Below, piece by piece: positions 61,601 to 64,000 of a stretch of DNA of 64,000 nucleotides; within the stretch, counting starts at the first letter, position 1, and every line of letters begins with the position of its first letter. Under the pieces are notes generated by a model. The model was not told the origin of the DNA, made no database searches, and saw only the letters and a program-made list of their open reading frames with translations. Made by a program: the position numbers and the translations under genes. Source of the stretch: the human T2T-CHM13v2.0 reference genome, Homo sapiens; NCBI RefSeq assembly GCF_009914755.1, contig NC_060928.1, one strand, 5' to 3'.

Positions 61601-64000
61601 CGTGTTGATTCCATTCCATTCCATTCCATTCCATTCCATTCCACTCCATTCCATTACATTCCATTCTACTCTGGTTAATTCCGTTCCATTCCCTTCCAAT
61701 CCATTCCATTCCATTCCATTCCATTCCATTCCATTCCATTCCATTCCATTCCATTGGGGTCCATTCCATTTCATTCCATTCTGTTCCGTTCCGTTCCATT
61801 CCATTCCATTCCATTCCATTCCATTCCATTCCATTCCATTGCATTCCATACCATTCCATTCCATTCTATTCCATTCCATTCCATTCCATTCCACTCGAGT
61901 TGATTCCATTCCATTCCATTCCATTCCGTTCTGTTGCATTCCATTCCGTTCCATTCCATTCCATTCCATTCCACTCGAGTTGATTCCATTCCATTCCATT
62001 CCATTCCGTTCCGTTGCATTCCATTCCGTTCCATTGCTTTACATTCCATTCCATTCCATTCCATTCCATTCCATTCCATTCCAACCTTCTAATCGGGTTG
62101 ATTCTAATCCATTCCATTACATTCAAGTCTTTCCATTCCATGCCATTCCTCTTGTGTTGTTTCCATTCCATTGAATTCCATTCCATTCCATTCCATTCCA
62201 TTCCATTCCATTCCATTCCATTCCATTCCACTCGGGTTGTTTCCATTCCATTTCATTAGTTTCCATTCCATTCCATTCCATTCCATTTTATTCCATTCCA
62301 TTTCATTCCATTACATTCCATTCTATACCATTCCACTCGGGTTGATTCTATACCATTCTATTCCATTCCATTCTATACCATTCCACTCGGGTTGATTCCA
62401 TACCATTCTATTCCATTCCATTCCATTAAATTCCATTCCATTCCATTCCACTCGTGTAGATTCCATTCCATTCCATTCCATTACGTTCCGTTCCGTTCCA
62501 TTCCATTCCATTCCATTCCATTCCATTCCATTCCATTCCATTCCATTAAATTCCATTCCATTCCATTCCATTCCTCTCGGGTCAATTCCATTCCATTCCA
62601 TTCCATTCCATTCCATTAGTTTCTAATCGGGTTGATTCCAATCCATTCCATTATATTCAAATCCTTTCCATTCCATGCCATTCCACTCGGGTTGTTTCCA
62701 TTTTGTTGTATTCCATTCCATTCCATTCCATTCCATTCCATTCCATTCCATTGTATTCCATTCCACTCGGGTTGTTTCCATTCCGTTTCATTAGTTTCCA
62801 TTCCATTCCATTCCTTTCCATTCCATTCCACTCATGGTGATTCCATTCCTTTCCATTCCAATTCATTCCATTCCAGTTGATACCATTGCTTTGCATTGTT
62901 TTCATTCCATTCCATTCCATTCCATTCCTCTTGGTTTGATTCATTTCCATTCCATTCCATTCCATTCCTCTCGGGTTGATTCCATTCCATTCCATGCCCT
63001 TTTATTCCATTCCATTCCATTCCATTCCATTCCATTCCATTCCATACCATTCCATTCCATTCCATTCCATTCCATTCCATACCATTCCACCAAGTTGATT
63101 GCATGCTATCCCATTCCATTCCATTCCATTCCATTCCATTTCATTCCATTCCATTCCGTTCCTTTCCACTTGGGTTGATTACATTCCATTCCATTCAATT
63201 CCGTTCCGTTCTGTTCCATTTTGTTCCATTCCATTCCATTCCATTTCCTTCCATTGCATTCCACTGGGGTTGATTCCATTCCATTCCATTCCATTCCATT
63301 CTATTCCATTCCATTCCATTCCATTCCATACCCTTCGGGTTGATTCCTTTCCATTCCATTCCATTGCATACCATTCCACTCCATTCCGTTCCATTCCATT
63401 CGGGTTGATTCTGTTCCATTCCATGCTTTTATTCCATTCCAATCCATTCCATACCATTCCACCAAAGTTGATTGCATGTTATTCCATTCTATTCCATTCC
63501 ATTCCATTCCATTCCATTCCATTCCATTCCATTCCATTCCATTCTATTCCATTCCATTCCTTTCCTTTCCAGTCGGTTTGATTCCATTCCATTCAATTCC
63601 ATTCCGTTCCGTTCCATTCCTTTCCGTTCCATTCCATTGCGTTTCATTCCATTGCATTCCACTCGGGTTGATTCCATTTCTTTCCATTCCATTCCATTCC
63701 ATTCAATTCCATAGCCTTCAGGTTGATTCCTTTCCATTCCATTCCATTCCATACCATTCCACTCCATTCCGCTCCAATCCATTCGGGTTGATTCCGTTCT
63801 GTTCCATGTCCTTTTATTCCATTCCCTTCCATTCCATTCCATTCCATTCCATACCATTCCACCAAAGTTGATTGCATGTTATTCCATTCTATTCCATTCC
63901 ATTCGATTCAATTCCATTCCATTCCATTCCATTCCATCCCTTTCCGCTCGGGTTGTTTCCATGCCATTCAATTCCATTCCGTTCCGTTCCGTTCCATTCC

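Larger units (their letters stand above)
15863..64000 (+). repeat. Human Satellite 3 (CATTC)n array, CAACCCGAGT-containing (probably HSat3B-like); continues past window end
   Basis: Continuous CATTC pentamers punctuated by CCACTCGGGTTGATTCC (reverse complement of the classical satellite 3 CAACCCGAGT(GGAAT)n motif); lacks the CATTCGATGATGATT pattern of HSat2; C-rich strand on + throughout. Confidence 0.97.

Noticed and set aside
15729-63877. Hundreds of ORFs encoding (MEWNG)n or (IPFHS)n, up to 562 aa (31341-33029)
   Set aside because: A CATTC/GAATG pentamer has no stop codon in any frame, so long overlapping ORFs on both strands are expected; no gene structure or domain.
15863-64000. Assignment to HSat2 or to a specific chromosome
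   Set aside because: The HSat2 CATTCGATGATGATT pattern is absent; chromosome assignment needs a k-mer or alignment search that I cannot run.

Overview
Primate (human/great-ape type) pericentromeric or acrocentric-arm DNA with no intact protein-coding gene. From left to right: (1) 1-5220, two same-orientation, mutationally dead L1PA elements, where a younger L1PA2-like copy ends directly against the internal ORF2 of an older L1PA5-like copy; (2) 5221-8166, an old L1 fragment, about 1.2 kb of unclassified sequence, an L1M1/L1MA-type 5' UTR and a short antisense L1PA 3' end; (3) 8167-15865, about 43 divergent monomeric alpha-satellite units lacking CENP-B boxes, with an AluY insertion and clear TSDs; (4) 15863-64000, an uninterrupted, single-orientation Human Satellite 3 (CATTC)n array with the CCACTCGGGTTGA motif, two motif-defined domains and nested duplications (75 bp, 344 bp, about 0.5, 1.6, 1.8, 2.42, 6-7, 8.5 and 11 kb). 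The hundreds of MEWNG/IPFHS ORFs are an arithmetic consequence of the pentamer. I found no evidence of a novel coding system. The most unusual signals are six non-consensus substitutions shared by the two L1s of different subfamily, a recurrent instability point at one alphoid monomer position that also hosts the alpha/HSat3 junction, and the higher-order structure of the HSat3 array. Subfamily calls rest on recalled consensus sequences and need RepeatMasker/Dfam confirmation; species and chromosome cannot be fixed from the sequence alone.
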